Source: Candidatus Methanomethylicia archaeon
Lineage (GTDB): Archaea; Thermoproteota; Methanomethylicia; Nezhaarchaeales; B40-G2
Assembly: GCA_029259155.1 (NCBI GenBank)
Contig: JAPDJI010000020.1
Coordinates: forward strand, 1-64,000
Direction: 5' to 3'
Length of the DNA stretch: 64,000 bases
Part shown: in pieces, positions 29,437-40,000 of the stretch
Position numbering within the stretch: position 1 is the first letter of the stretch
Layout of the letters: each line of letters opens with the position of its first letter
Notes under the pieces: generated by a model
Seen by the model: the letters and a program-made list of their open reading frames with translations, nothing else
Database searches by the model: none
What the model was told of the DNA's origin: nothing
Position numbers and translations under genes: made by a program

Positions 29437-30009
29437 TCAAAGAGAGGGTTTTAAACCTGCTCCTCCCACCCTCGATTCGGCTAGCAGAGCTATGAGGCTT
29501 AACACCACGTTGGCTACCTCCTCCTTGCCCCACTTAGCTGTGTTAATAACTAGGTCGAAAACGGATAGATCTGAGGTATCGATACCATAGAGCTCGAGGT
29601 ACCTTCTCCTATTGCTCTCCTCCCTCTTCACTACCTGGCGTAGAGCCTCAGCTTGACTTAAACCATCTCTTTTGGCTATGCGCTCCGCCCTGACCATTAA
29701 GGGAGCGGTGAAGAAAACCTTGACGTCCGCCACGTCCCTAAGCAGCCAGCCAGCTAAGTGACTATCGATAACTACGCCTCCCTCCATAGCTGCTCGATAG
29801 ACCGCCTCATCAACCTCAAGGTCTATCGAGGGGTCAAGCTCGGCTTGACGGTGGAGCTCTAAGAGGCTTAAGCCACGCTCCTCCGCCATCTTCCTGAAAA
29901 GTTGCCCCGAGGAAACATGGCGCAGCCCAAGCTTCTCGGATATAATCTTGGCGTAGGTTGTCTTCCCAGATCCTGGCTGACCACTCACCGCGATAACTAG
30001 CTTCTTCAC
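29437..30009 (-). CDS. cmk: Cytidylate kinase
   Basis: SGQPGSGKTT, SSG.LFR.MA, DS.LAGW; GTG at 30009; rpl34e-cmk-rpl14e context. Confidence 0.9.
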   Translation of the reverse strand: MKKLVIAVSGQPGSGKTTYAKIISEKLGLRHVSSGQLFRKMAEERGLSLLELHRQAELDPSIDLEVDEAVYRAAMEGGVVIDSHLAGWLLRDVADVKVFFTAPLMVRAERIAKRDGLSQAEALRQVVKREESNRRRYLELYGIDTSDLSVFDLVINTAKWGKEEVANVVLSLIALLAESRVGGAGLKPSL

Positions 30010-30281
30010 TTCTTCTGCCCCAAGATTGCTCTTTGAAGCCCAAGCTTTAAACATGAAGGGCAGAGGTAGCCTCCATAGGGCCTCGTCGGTCTACGTGAAC
30101 TCTTAGGTAAAGCTCTAAGCTCATGAGGTAGCAGGCGTGGAACCCCTCCTAGCTGTGCACCGCATATTGCACATTTAGCTGGCTTAGGCTTCTCTCGTTT
30201 ATAGTGCACCGCAGTACCGCCTCCCGGCAGTTTAACCTTCACCTTCTTCTTGGAGCACACCCTTAACCCAGGCCTAGGCAT
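30006..30281 (-). CDS. rpl34e: 50S ribosomal protein L34e
   Basis: MPRP.LR, PGG, CAICG, RP.RPYGGYLC..C. Confidence 0.95.
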   Translation of the reverse strand: MPRPGLRVCSKKKVKVKLPGGGTAVHYKREKPKPAKCAICGAQLGGVPRLLPHELRALPKSSRRPTRPYGGYLCPSCLKLGLQRAILGQKK

Positions 30282-30292
30282 CCCACACACCT

Positions 30293-30790
30293 TCAATCGG
30301 TACTAGTGTAGGAGAGGCCTAGTAGCCTCTGAAATATAGGCACTACGCCTCCGTTAGCTATAAGGTACCAGTAGATGAAGGGGATGCCTCTGTCCAAGAG
30401 GGGGAAGAAGGCTACGTAGCCAGGGAATACGTTGACGAGGATGAGGAAGAGTATCCAGAAAGGGATGAGGTATATCATCATGGGCTTCATGGACTTAGCC
30501 ATGATCTCCGCGTTGAGCTTATTAATGTAGGCCTGCTTCTTCATCAACTTGGACATAAGCTTCTTGTCGCCGCTCTTCCTAGCCCTAAAAAACTCCCTCC
30601 TCCACTCAGCTACTTCCCTATATTGCTCAGCTAGCTCCTCAACGTTGACCATGGCCCTCTGGATCCCGAAGTGGAAAAGGGTCAGCCCAGCGCATATCAG
30701 GACGATGGTTACTGCTGATAGCGGAGGCTCCGCCCACACGCCCAGCGCCTGTTTAATCCATTCGCTTAAGCCCTGCAAAAACTCGAACAT
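30293..30790 (-). CDS. DUF106 (EMC3/TMCO1/Oxa1-superfamily) membrane protein
   Basis: TM, coiled-coil, KPM motif, TMs, WY; downstream of secY. Confidence 0.82.
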   Translation of the reverse strand: MFEFLQGLSEWIKQALGVWAEPPLSAVTIVLICAGLTLFHFGIQRAMVNVEELAEQYREVAEWRREFFRARKSGDKKLMSKLMKKQAYINKLNAEIMAKSMKPMMIYLIPFWILFLILVNVFPGYVAFFPLLDRGIPFIYWYLIANGGVVPIFQRLLGLSYTSTD

Positions 30791-30824
30791 CCCTAAGACC
30801 CCCTCCTTGAAAACCTAAGCTAAC

Positions 30825-32246
30825 TTACCTTCCTAATATTTTTTCAAGCATCGGGTACATCTCCATGGCCTGCTCCCTCGCTATAATCTCATAGTACTGG
30901 TAAAGTATCTCAACCGTTAATAAAATACCTATCCCTGAGCCGATGGCACCTAGGAGGTCAGCGAAGGCAGCCAGCAAACCTATGAAGAGGCCGCTTATGA
31001 TGGTTAGCGAAGACACGTAGCGCTGAAGCAGCTTCTCTAAGATCTTGGGTGACTGCCTAAAGCCAGGCACCTGGAGCCCAGCTCTAACCAGCTGTTCCGC
31101 TTGATCTTTAGCCGACATACCCGAGGACTCCACCCAGGCGATGGCGAAGAACACGCATAGCAGGCAAAGCATTACCGTGTATATCAGTACATGGATCGCA
31201 CCTTCAGGGCTCTGAAGAGCGATCAAGCCCCTCGGAGGCGATAGGTAGTAGACCAGCCCTCCCATAGGGACAGGGCCTCTATCAGTCATGTTAAACGTGC
31301 CCAAGAGGTTTAAGATAGGGTTGGTGTTGGTTGGGTTCCACTTAGACCACACTATTTGGCTTATCACTTGAAGGTTAGCGTAGAGCGCTCCAGCCAGGAT
31401 GACTGGGATGTTTGAGACGTAGAGGAACTTTAAGGGTACATTAGCCCTGATACCGCCATACCTAGTAAAGGAGACAGGCACCTCAACCCTAACCGTCTCA
31501 AAGTAGAGGACGATAAAGAGCACAGCCAACATGGCTAAGAAGCCAGTCATATCAGGGAAGGGGTAACGGTTGAAGCTACTCAACACGTCTCCACGTAGAA
31601 TTGAGTGGCCAAACGCTAGTATAGCTCCTAGAGGTTCACCTCCACGCTCAGGCACCGCTAGCGGAGAGAAAAGCCCCCAGAAAACATGTTGAGAAACACC
31701 AGCCGCTATGAAAAGGCTCACTCCACTACCGAGCCCCCAACCCGCCTGAACCATTTCATCAAGCAGGATTATCACGATGCCAGCGGCGAAGAGCTGAAGG
31801 AAAACCGCCACCTGGTTGCTGGGAGTCATAGGGCCGAAGAAGCCGGCGATTATGAAGACGAAGGCCTCGACTGCCGTCACTATGATAGATAGCAGCTTCT
31901 GAGCGCCGGTGAACAGCGCCCTCTCATGGGGGTCCGAGAGATCGATCTCCAGGAGCCTAGAGCCTACTAGAAGCTGCATGATTAAGCCGGCCGTCACGAT
32001 AGGGCCTATGCCCAGCTGCATGAGAGTGCCGTTCCTAGCAGCGAAGATAATGTTCATGAACAAGAACTCTGCCAGTCGGCCGCGCTCCGCTATCCCGAAG
32101 AGAGGGACCTGGCACATGATGAAGTATATGGTCAGCACCATGCCTGTCCAGAACAGCTTAGTCCTGAAACTAACCCTGCGTTTAGGCCTCTTTACCTCAG
32201 GGAGGAAGCGTAAGGTGGGTTCAATGAGCTCTAATGCTTTAGCCAT
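30825..32246 (-). CDS. secY: Preprotein translocase SecY
   Basis: LGIGPIVTAGLIMQLL, GSGVSLFI, YVSNIPVIL, PGFR. Confidence 0.97.
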   Translation of the reverse strand: MAKALELIEPTLRFLPEVKRPKRRVSFRTKLFWTGMVLTIYFIMCQVPLFGIAERGRLAEFLFMNIIFAARNGTLMQLGIGPIVTAGLIMQLLVGSRLLEIDLSDPHERALFTGAQKLLSIIVTAVEAFVFIIAGFFGPMTPSNQVAVFLQLFAAGIVIILLDEMVQAGWGLGSGVSLFIAAGVSQHVFWGLFSPLAVPERGGEPLGAILAFGHSILRGDVLSSFNRYPFPDMTGFLAMLAVLFIVLYFETVRVEVPVSFTRYGGIRANVPLKFLYVSNIPVILAGALYANLQVISQIVWSKWNPTNTNPILNLLGTFNMTDRGPVPMGGLVYYLSPPRGLIALQSPEGAIHVLIYTVMLCLLCVFFAIAWVESSGMSAKDQAEQLVRAGLQVPGFRQSPKILEKLLQRYVSSLTIISGLFIGLLAAFADLLGAIGSGIGILLTVEILYQYYEIIAREQAMEMYPMLEKILGR

Positions 32247-32259
32247 CGCTCACCGACCA

Positions 32260-32706
32260 TCAGGGGCCCTGAATCACCTGTCCTCCAGCAGCCTTTATCT
32301 TCTCCATAGCCCTCTCCGTGAATGATTGAGCCTTAACCACCAAAGGCCTCGTAACCCTACCTTCACCCAACACTTTCAGGAAGCCCAGTTTAAAGCCGTC
32401 TAGTAGAGGCTTACCTTCATAGGTCTCAAGAAGACCTTCCTTATCCATCCTATTAGCCAGCTCCTCAAGCTGGCTTACGTTAACCTCAGGGTAACGCCAC
32501 GTCACTTCAAGAGGACGCTTGAAACCTCTCTTACCGAAGTAGCCCCTCGCATACTTCAACACCCAGCTCCACTTATGCTTATGCATCCCTGCATGTCCCC
32601 TCCCACCCTTCCTACCGCTCCTCCTATGCTGAGCTATCCTACCCCAGCCGCAGCTACGCGTCCCCCTGTACTTCCTTGAAGCCTTCTTCCGCCGTGGAAT
32701 ATACAC
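32260..32706 (-). CDS. rpl15: 50S ribosomal protein L15
   Basis: RK.RG.R..GWG...HR.SG.KGGRG.AG, KVLGEG, EKIKAAGG. Confidence 0.95.
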   Translation of the reverse strand: MYIPRRKKASRKYRGTRSCGWGRIAQHRRSGRKGGRGHAGMHKHKWSWVLKYARGYFGKRGFKRPLEVTWRYPEVNVSQLEELANRMDKEGLLETYEGKPLLDGFKLGFLKVLGEGRVTRPLVVKAQSFTERAMEKIKAAGGQVIQGP

Positions 32707-32750
32707 AGCGAAAACCTCCGCTATCGAGGGGGACCGGAGGGTTAAAGAGA

Positions 32751-33323
32751 TTACTCTACCACGATCCTCGTCCCGCGCTCCCTGCCCTTCTCCAGCTTCT
32801 CCAGCTTAACCTCCAATACACCATTCTTATAGGAAGCCTTAGCCGTATCAGGCTTTACGCGTGCAGGGAGCTTAACCTCCTTGTAGTACTTACGCCGCTC
32901 CGTGTCCACCGAGATAACCAGCTCATCCTCAGAGGCGTGGAGCTTAATGTCCTCTTTATTAACACCCGGAAGCTCTGCGTAAACCTTAATGTAATCCCCC
33001 TCGTCCATCACGTCTACTAAAGGCTCCGTCTCCTCCTGGATCATAGGGCCCTTGGGCGTCGGCCTAACGTTACCGAACTCCCTAACCACCGGTTTACCGT
33101 CAGGGCCTACGGTAACGCTAAAGCCATAGATAAAAGGCCCCTGCTGCTTCTCGCTGGGAAGCTTAGCGAATTCACGTTCAAAGATACGAGACATCATCTC
33201 CTCCATGCGCTCAAATTCACGTTCAAACTCGTCGAATATATCGAACCACCAGCGCCTACGCCTCCTACTACTCCACTCATCGAACAAGCTCTTCACCACA
33301 CAAGCCTTCCGCGCCAGCTTCAT
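32751..33323 (-). CDS. hsp20: Small heat shock protein Hsp20
   Basis: YGFSVTVGPDGKP.VREFGN, EPLVDV, AELPGV, YKNGVLEV, IVVE tail. Confidence 0.93.
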   Translation of the reverse strand: MKLARKACVVKSLFDEWSSRRRRRWWFDIFDEFEREFERMEEMMSRIFEREFAKLPSEKQQGPFIYGFSVTVGPDGKPVVREFGNVRPTPKGPMIQEETEPLVDVMDEGDYIKVYAELPGVNKEDIKLHASEDELVISVDTERRKYYKEVKLPARVKPDTAKASYKNGVLEVKLEKLEKGRERGTRIVVE

Positions 33324-33429
33324 AAACTTACCTCTACCTCAGAAACTCCATAAACTCATGATTTGTCCTCTACGATGTCTCGTCCCTCACCTTATTAGCT
33401 ACCTTATAGTAATCCCTCGTCCTTTGATT

Positions 33430-34909
33430 TTAAATTCTCTTCCTCGTCAAGAAATCCTTCGTCCTTAACAGCCTCACCGGGTATGGGTGAGTCCAAGAAT
33501 ATGCCTTCCTTAATGCCATGCACCTTCTATTAAGCTCCATAAACTCTGCCATTAACATCGTAGGCGGGTTTTGAAACACGATCCTTCTGACCGAACGATC
33601 CTCAACGTCCCTTATATTTCGGTAACCATACTCCAACGAACCTACAAAGCTTCTTGGAAGAAGCTCTGTTATGTCCACCGCTCTCTCCAACGTGACCTTG
33701 GCGGATAGCCTATTATATTGGTTCAATTCGAGGGAAAACTTCCTTCCTCAGTTAACGTTGCTTGAATGTAATATCTCTATATATCATCACGCATATGTTT
33801 AAGGTCCACGAAAGGCTGATTGATCGTTTTTGAGCCGTAAGGCGCCCCGATGGCATCCAGTAGCCTCCCAATGAGGGGGTCAGCATAGGAAACTAGGACT
33901 TTGTGAGCCTTAAAGGGGCCGCTAAAGCCTCCACCTAACTCTTCAACCCTACATTTTAGGTAGTGATGTAAAACTGGGTCACTATTATAGTACTCTATGC
34001 TCTTAGTCTTCGTCCTCGTATAACCTTCGTTAATGATGTGGATAGCCATTTTAAAGAGGCTGGGATTGTTAAGGTCGATGGGATAATTTGGGTTAATAAT
34101 GGCCAGCCTTTTCTCAAGCTCGACATAAGGTATCTTAAGGTCTTCACATAGCTTCTTTAAAGTCCCCACTTCAATAGGCTTTACACGTTCTTCCTTTGAA
34201 AGGTATGTATAGTAGTCATACCATGTCTTTAGTAGACTTAGTGTCTTCAATATGTAACTTCGTAAGCTTTTTTCACCGATTTCCTTGATTTTCTCAGCTA
34301 CGAGTTCTTTGAGCTTCTTCACATCGACGTTATGGGCAATATTAGCGGGCTCCTGCCACCAATGATAAAAGCGGCTCAAGATGTCGATGAGGTCTTGCTC
34401 CTCAAGCCTATGAAGACGTCGAGCCGTTGGTTCACTTAAGATGGAAGTCAACGTCTCCATAAAACTGCCCTTCCACTTAGCTTTGATGACCTCAGCAGCC
34501 TCAACGTCATCGAGCATCAGGTAAGTCAGGGCGTCGCTTAACATTCTACTCTCTGTAATTGATAGAGTGTTTTTGACCTCCCTGATCTCCTTTATCTCCC
34601 CTGTACGCCAATCTATCCTATATACCGGTTTGCCTTGACGTAAAGCATATTCAATCTCATTAGCAACCCCAGCCGTAACGAAGCCACCGAGATCACCATA
34701 AATAACTAAGTCGCATGTATCGATTAATTGGAAGAAGAAGTCCATGTCTCCATGAGAGATCCCCCGTCAAATCTTGGAAATCTGCTCGGGTTTACCACTT
34801 CAGCGTTAGGGAAGAATTTCTTGATTAACTCCACTTCCTTACGCTCACGAATAGTGTCGTAAGTTTCTACTGGATGAGCGTAATAGACCTTTAACAACTC
34901 TTCTCTCAA
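33430..34909 (-). pseudogene. Broken gene: N-terminal nucleoside 2-deoxyribosyltransferase-like domain plus C-terminal LAGLIDADG-like domain
   Basis: VYYAHP...VVNPS / CDLVI...TAGVANEIEYA...KPVY; MAIHIINEGY and (W)RYYIQATLTEEGS; frameshift near 34762, TAG at 33779-33777, frameshift near 33735. Confidence 0.6.
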
Positions 34910-35169
34910 CCTTCGTCCAATTCTTCTTCCTCTTCTTCAGGCTTGACTATCGTGAACTCGTACCTTCTACCTACGGGAGTACTTGAGACTATGATAAGCC
35001 CTCTATTGAAGGCTTCATTCCATATATCTTCAATTTCCTCGTCGGTGTACCCCTTCGCCTGTAGGTAAGGCTTGAACTCACGTTCAAGTATCCAAGACTT
35101 ATTGAAGTGCTTGAAAAGCATGTCTATGATGTCCCTCAACTCCTCATCAGTAAAGCTCCTCCCACCCAC
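34906..35169 (-). CDS. Small acidic hypothetical protein (possible wHTH)
   Basis: 87-aa ORF whose stop overlaps the start of the next gene; Glu-rich tail. Confidence 0.6.
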   Translation of the reverse strand: MGGRSFTDEELRDIIDMLFKHFNKSWILEREFKPYLQAKGYTDEEIEDIWNEAFNRGLIIVSSTPVGRRYEFTIVKPEEEEEELDEG

Positions 35170-35258
35170 ACAGCTCGCCCACCATCAACTAAGCTACAAG
35201 CCTTAAAAACCCCGCTAATCGCCTCCAAGGCCACAAACCTCGAAGAGATGAAAAGATA

Positions 35259-35333
35259 TGCGGCCGCCGGGATTTGAACCCGGGCCACTAGCTCGGGAGG
35301 CTAGGGTCCTAGACCAGGCTAGACAACGGCCGC
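35259..35333 (-). tRNA. tRNA-Gly(CCC)
   Basis: GCGGCCG/CGGCCGC, A73, anticodon arm CTAGC-CT-CCC-GA-GCTAG, GTTCAAAT. Confidence 0.96.
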
Positions 35334-35648
35334 CGTCCTGCGTAGTTACCCGCTTCTTTTGGGCTTATTAATTTTTCATTATTGGGTGTCTTCATTGCCT
35401 TATCTTGCTGGGTGTGGGCTGGCCTTGGACTTGGAGCGGATGCAGCTGTGGGGGGTTGCTTTCACGTGGAGCTTGATGTAAAGAAGTTGATGGGGATTTA
35501 TCGTGTTTGAACATCGTGCTTGGCTGGCTGTTTATTAATTTGACGTCTACGTTGAGGCTAAGGGCTCTACGTGTTTAGGTCCCGCTAGGACATCTCTCTT
35601 TTTCCGCATATCTTTAACAAAGAGCATTCTCCTTTATGGAGGGGGCAA

Positions 35649-35722
35649 TGGGCCGGCCCGGACTCGAACCGGGGACCAACCGCGCGTCAGGCGGTTATCC
35701 TAACCAGCTAGACGACCGGCCC
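35649..35722 (-). tRNA. tRNA-Val(GAC)
   Basis: GGGCCGG/CCGGCCC, A73, anticodon arm ACCGC-CT-GAC-GC-GCGGT. Confidence 0.96.
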
Positions 35723-35884
35723 TGTCATGAAGGGAGGGGGAGGCTCCTATATAGCCTTAACCTTTCCATTTATCCGTTAGGGGTGTTGGTTTCGCTTCGT
35801 TAGTTTTTGTGCCAGGTTTAATTTTCTATTCACTAACACGTAATGCATATATCCTTGAGTCTTAGGTTTAGTTTGGTTGAGGTT

Positions 35885-36640
35885 ATGCCTGTGGAGAGAG
35901 TTGAGACCGGAATTCCAGGTATGGATCAGGTGTTGAGGGGCGGTTTGCCGAGGCGCAACGTGGTTTTGCTTTCAGGTGGTCCAGGGACGGGTAAGTCGAT
36001 TTTTGGTCAACAGTTCCTCTACAACGGCCTCCTTAGAGGAGAGGCGGGGGTTTTCGTAGCTCTTGAGGAGCACCCGGTACAGGTGCGGCTGCTTATGTCT
36101 CAGTTCGGCTGGGATGTTAAGGAGTTTGAGGCTAAAGGCAGCTTCGCTATAGTTGACGCCTTCACCGCAGGGATAGGGGAGGCTGCTAAGAGAGAGCGCT
36201 ATGTGGTCAAGTCGGTGGATGACTTCCCCTCCCTCATAGATATGCTTAGGCTAGCGGTTAAGGAGGTTGGAGCTGAACGCGTAGTGGTGGACTCGGTTAC
36301 GACTCTCTACATCACTAAGCCAGCCATGGCCCGAGGCATGGTAATGCAGCTCAAACGCGTATTATCCGGGCTAGGTTGTACCTCCTTCCTCATCTCTCAG
36401 GTCAGCGTGACGGAGAGGGGGTTTGGAGGGCCTGGTGTAGAGCATGCAGCAGACGGTATCATAAGGCTTGACCTGGACGAGATCGATGGCAGGCTTTACC
36501 GTAGCCTCATAGTTTGGAAGATGAGGGGCACCGCCCACTCTATGGCTAGGCATCCCTTCGAGATAACGGATAAGGGCATAATAATATACCCTGACAGGCA
36601 CCTCTCGGTATCGAGAAAAGCTTCGTCGGAGGCTGATTAA
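35885..36640 (+). CDS. KaiC-like (RAD55/RecA-superfamily) ATPase
   Basis: [33 protein letters not shown]; ATG at 35885. Confidence 0.92.
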   Translation: MPVERVETGIPGMDQVLRGGLPRRNVVLLSGGPGTGKSIFGQQFLYNGLLRGEAGVFVALEEHPVQVRLLMSQFGWDVKEFEAKGSFAIVDAFTAGIGEAAKRERYVVKSVDDFPSLIDMLRLAVKEVGAERVVVDSVTTLYITKPAMARGMVMQLKRVLSGLGCTSFLISQVSVTERGFGGPGVEHAADGIIRLDLDEIDGRLYRSLIVWKMRGTAHSMARHPFEITDKGIIIYPDRHLSVSRKASSEAD

Positions 36641-36642
36641 GG

Positions 36643-37095
36643 ATGAGCGGGGAAATATCCCTCTCTCCTGTCGGTAGGGAGGAGATCCATAAGCTTGAGG
36701 CCGCCCTCCTCGTAGGCACATTGTTTAGGCCAGAGGTGTTGCAGGCCTTAAAGGACCCTGCCGAGCGCTTGACATGGGTTGACTCGCTGGCGGTGGCCGC
36801 TGCAGCCTTGGCTAGGTCGAAGGCGAGGATGAGCGTGTCAGAGATAGCGGAGGAGCTAGGTAGGACGGAGGCTACGATAAGGAGCCACCTTACTGGGAAG
36901 ACTAAGGCTGGTCAACTCGTCCAGCAGACCTATGAGAAGTTCCTTCGCGAAGGCGTTAAGATAGAGATGGCTGCGGAGGAGACTGAGCTGAGAAGGATGC
37001 TCGAAGAGGAGAGGCGTAGACGAGAGGAGGTTGAGAGTAGGCTTAAAAGGGTGAGGGAGGCGCTCAACGAGCTTGTAAAAGAGCTTGGAGAATAA
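36643..37095 (+). CDS. KaiC-associated HTH regulatory protein
   Basis: ERLTWVDSLAVAA.ALAR, IAEELGRTEATIR.HL.G.TKAG. Confidence 0.8.
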   Translation: MSGEISLSPVGREEIHKLEAALLVGTLFRPEVLQALKDPAERLTWVDSLAVAAAALARSKARMSVSEIAEELGRTEATIRSHLTGKTKAGQLVQQTYEKFLREGVKIEMAAEETELRRMLEEERRRREEVESRLKRVREALNELVKELGE

Positions 37096-37098
37096 GCC

Positions 37099-40000
37099 AT
37101 GAAGGCTCTGTTCAAACAGGCATGTCCCAACTGTAGAGGCGATATAAGCGATGATAGGCTTCTAGCCGGTCTACCCTGCCATCGCTGCTTAGACGAGGAA
37201 GAAGCCGCCGAGCTGCTTAAAAAAGTGGAGGAAGGACAGGACCTTAAGAAGCTAGTTTTAGAGGCCCTTGAAGGCAAAGGTAGGCTTAAGCACTACGCGG
37301 AGGTGGCTAAGCCCCAGTTCAAGGCAGAGGAGTTTAACAACTTCTTTAAGAAAGCGCTAGGCCTACCGCTTTGGAGCGCTCAGCGAACATGGGCTAAGCG
37401 TGTTTTAACGGGTAGGAGCTTTGCTATCGTAGCGCCCACAGGGGTTGGCAAGACAGTCTTCGGCTTAGCTATGGCAGCCTACCTCGCCTCTAAAGGCGAG
37501 AAATGCTACGTGGTTTCACCGACGACTTTACTCATAGAGCAGGCTCGTAGAAGGATGGAGGAGATCCTCGAAGCCTCCGGCTTAAAGCAGTTGAAGGTAG
37601 CTTACTACTCAACAGCTCTTCATAGGGCAGAGAAGATAGAGGAGGCCGACCGGATAAAGAAGGGAGACTTCGATATATTGATAACCACCTCCAGCTTCTT
37701 GGCCAGAAACTTCGAGGAGCTTAAACGTAGAAGGTTCGGGTTCATCTTCGTGGATGACGTAGACGCCATTCTTAAGGCGTCTAAAAACATCGATAGGGTC
37801 CTCGTCCTCCTAGGCTTTAAGGAGGAGGACGTGGAGAAGGCCCTAGAGCTCTTAAAGCTTAGGGGAGAGCTTGCTAGAGCTTTGAGACGTCGTGAAGAGT
37901 CAGCGGTGGAGGAGCTTAGAGGAAGGTATGAGCAGCTCAGCAAGGAGGTAGCTAGGCGTCTTAAGAGAAGGAAGCCAGGGCTGCTTGTGGTATCCACGGC
38001 TACCGGCAGAGCCAGGGGGATTAGGGTCAAGCTATTCCGAGAGCTACTAGGCTTTGAGGTGGGTTCGAGGGCTGAGGCCATAAGGAACATTCAGGACATA
38101 TACCTTAAGCCTAAGGAGAACCTGGATGAAGAGGTTGCCGAGCTGGCTAAAAAGCTTGGGCCTGGAGGCTTAGTCTTCATCCCCCTCGATAGAGGGGTTG
38201 AGAGCGCTGACCGCATAGCTAAGATGTTAGCGAAGAAAGGGGTCAAGGCTGAGGTAGTGTACGCTAAAGGCAAGAAGGAGAGGATAGCTGCCTTCGCCAA
38301 GGGCGAGGTAGACGTCCTCATAGGCATGGCCAGCTACTACGGCCTCCTCGTCAGGGGCTTAGACCTCCCTGAAAGGGTGCGTTACGCTATCTTCGCAGGC
38401 GTGCCTAAGATGAGATTTAGCCTAGAGGTTAAGGAGGCCTACCCCTCAAGGGTGCTTCAACTGCTCCTCGACGTGAAAGATGCCTTAACGGGAGACGAAC
38501 AAGTAACAGCGCTTCGACTGATCGGCAGGGTTAGGAGGCTGCTTTGGAGGCTTACACCAGCTAGCTTCAGGGAGCTTAAGGAAGCCTTAGAGAAGGGCGT
38601 GGAGCCTCCGAGTTGGCTTAAACAAGCTTACTCAACGGTTAAGGAAGCTGCCGACTTCCTGTTTCAAGCCCTCTCCCGAAGCGAAGTTAGGGAGAAGTTG
38701 AGGAAGTCTACCCACCTATCCTTCACCGAGGAGGAAGGAAGAGTAACTGTCACTGTCCCAGACGTCCCCACTTACATTCAAGCTTCAGGCAGGACCTCAA
38801 GGATGTACGCTGGAGGAGTCTCAAAGGGAGTCTCCATCGTGGTGGTAGACGACGAAAAAGTGTTTACAGGATTAGCTAGACAAACGAGGTGGCTGGCGGA
38901 TGAAGTCAGATGGGTTAGCTTAGAGGAGGTGGACCTTAAAGGGTTAATGAAGGAGGTGGACGATGACCGAGAACGCGTAAGGAGGCTTTTAAGCGGCGAA
39001 GTTAAGGCGGAAGGCTTCGACCCTGTTAAGTCGGTGCTTTTGATAGTTGAGTCACCGACTAAGGCCAAGACCATAGCGGGCTTCTTCGGTAAGCCTTCAA
39101 GGAGGAGGCTGGGCGAGGTTACAGCCTACGAGGTAGGCACAGGGAAGTACATATTGAACGTGGTGGCTACAGGAGGCCACGTCTACGACCTCGTCCCTGA
39201 GGGAGGCTACTATGGAGTTAAACGTGAAGAAGACAGGTTCATCCCCATATACTCCTCCATTAAGAGATGCCTATCCTGCGGAGAACAGTTCGTGGGTCAC
39301 GCTAAATGCCCGGTTTGCGGCGGCGATAAGCTTCGAGACGCTTGGCGTACCATAGAGGCCCTTAGAAACCTAGCCGGCGAATTCGACTTAACCTATTTAG
39401 GCACTGACCCTGATAACGAAGGAGAGAAGATAAGCTGGGATATAGCCTGCTCGCTGAGGCCATACTCTAACATCCTTAAGAGGGTGGAGTTCCACGAGGT
39501 AACAAGGCCAGCCCTACTACGAGCCCTAGAGGAGCTCAGGGACATTAAGGAGGGCTTCGTGGAAGCTAACATAGTTAGGAGGATTGAGGATCGATGGATA
39601 GGCTTCGAGCTCAGCCATAGACTGTGGAAGAAGTTTGGAAGCAAACATCTCTCAGCTGGCCGAGTTCAGACACCGGTGTTAGGCTGGATCATCGAGAGGT
39701 TTGAGGAGTTTAAGCGTAGCCGACGCCTAGTGTACGACGTAGACCTAAGCGTCAACTACAGGTTAACCTTGGACACGGTGCCAAGCAACCTAAGCCCAGA
39801 GCAAGTGGTAGAGAGGCTTCGACAAGCCACATGTAAGGTAGTTGAAAAGGAGGAGGTTGAAGAGGAGGTCTCACCCCAACCCCCCTTCACCACCGACGCC
39901 TTACTCAAAGAAGCCTCCGCCAGGCTTAGGATGGGGGCGGCAGAGACCATGTCGCTGGCCCAAGACCTCTTCGAGCTCGGTTTAATAACGTATCATAGGA

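Noticed and set aside
4480-33779. In-frame TGA/TAG (4480, 24251, 33779) as selenocysteine or pyrrolysine recoding
   Set aside because: Each gene carries further lesions (frameshifts, deletions), the positions are not catalytic Cys sites, and TAG/TGA end many core genes here.
33324-35258. Integrated element with att sites at tRNA-Gly
   Set aside because: No duplicated tRNA 3' end and no integrase found.
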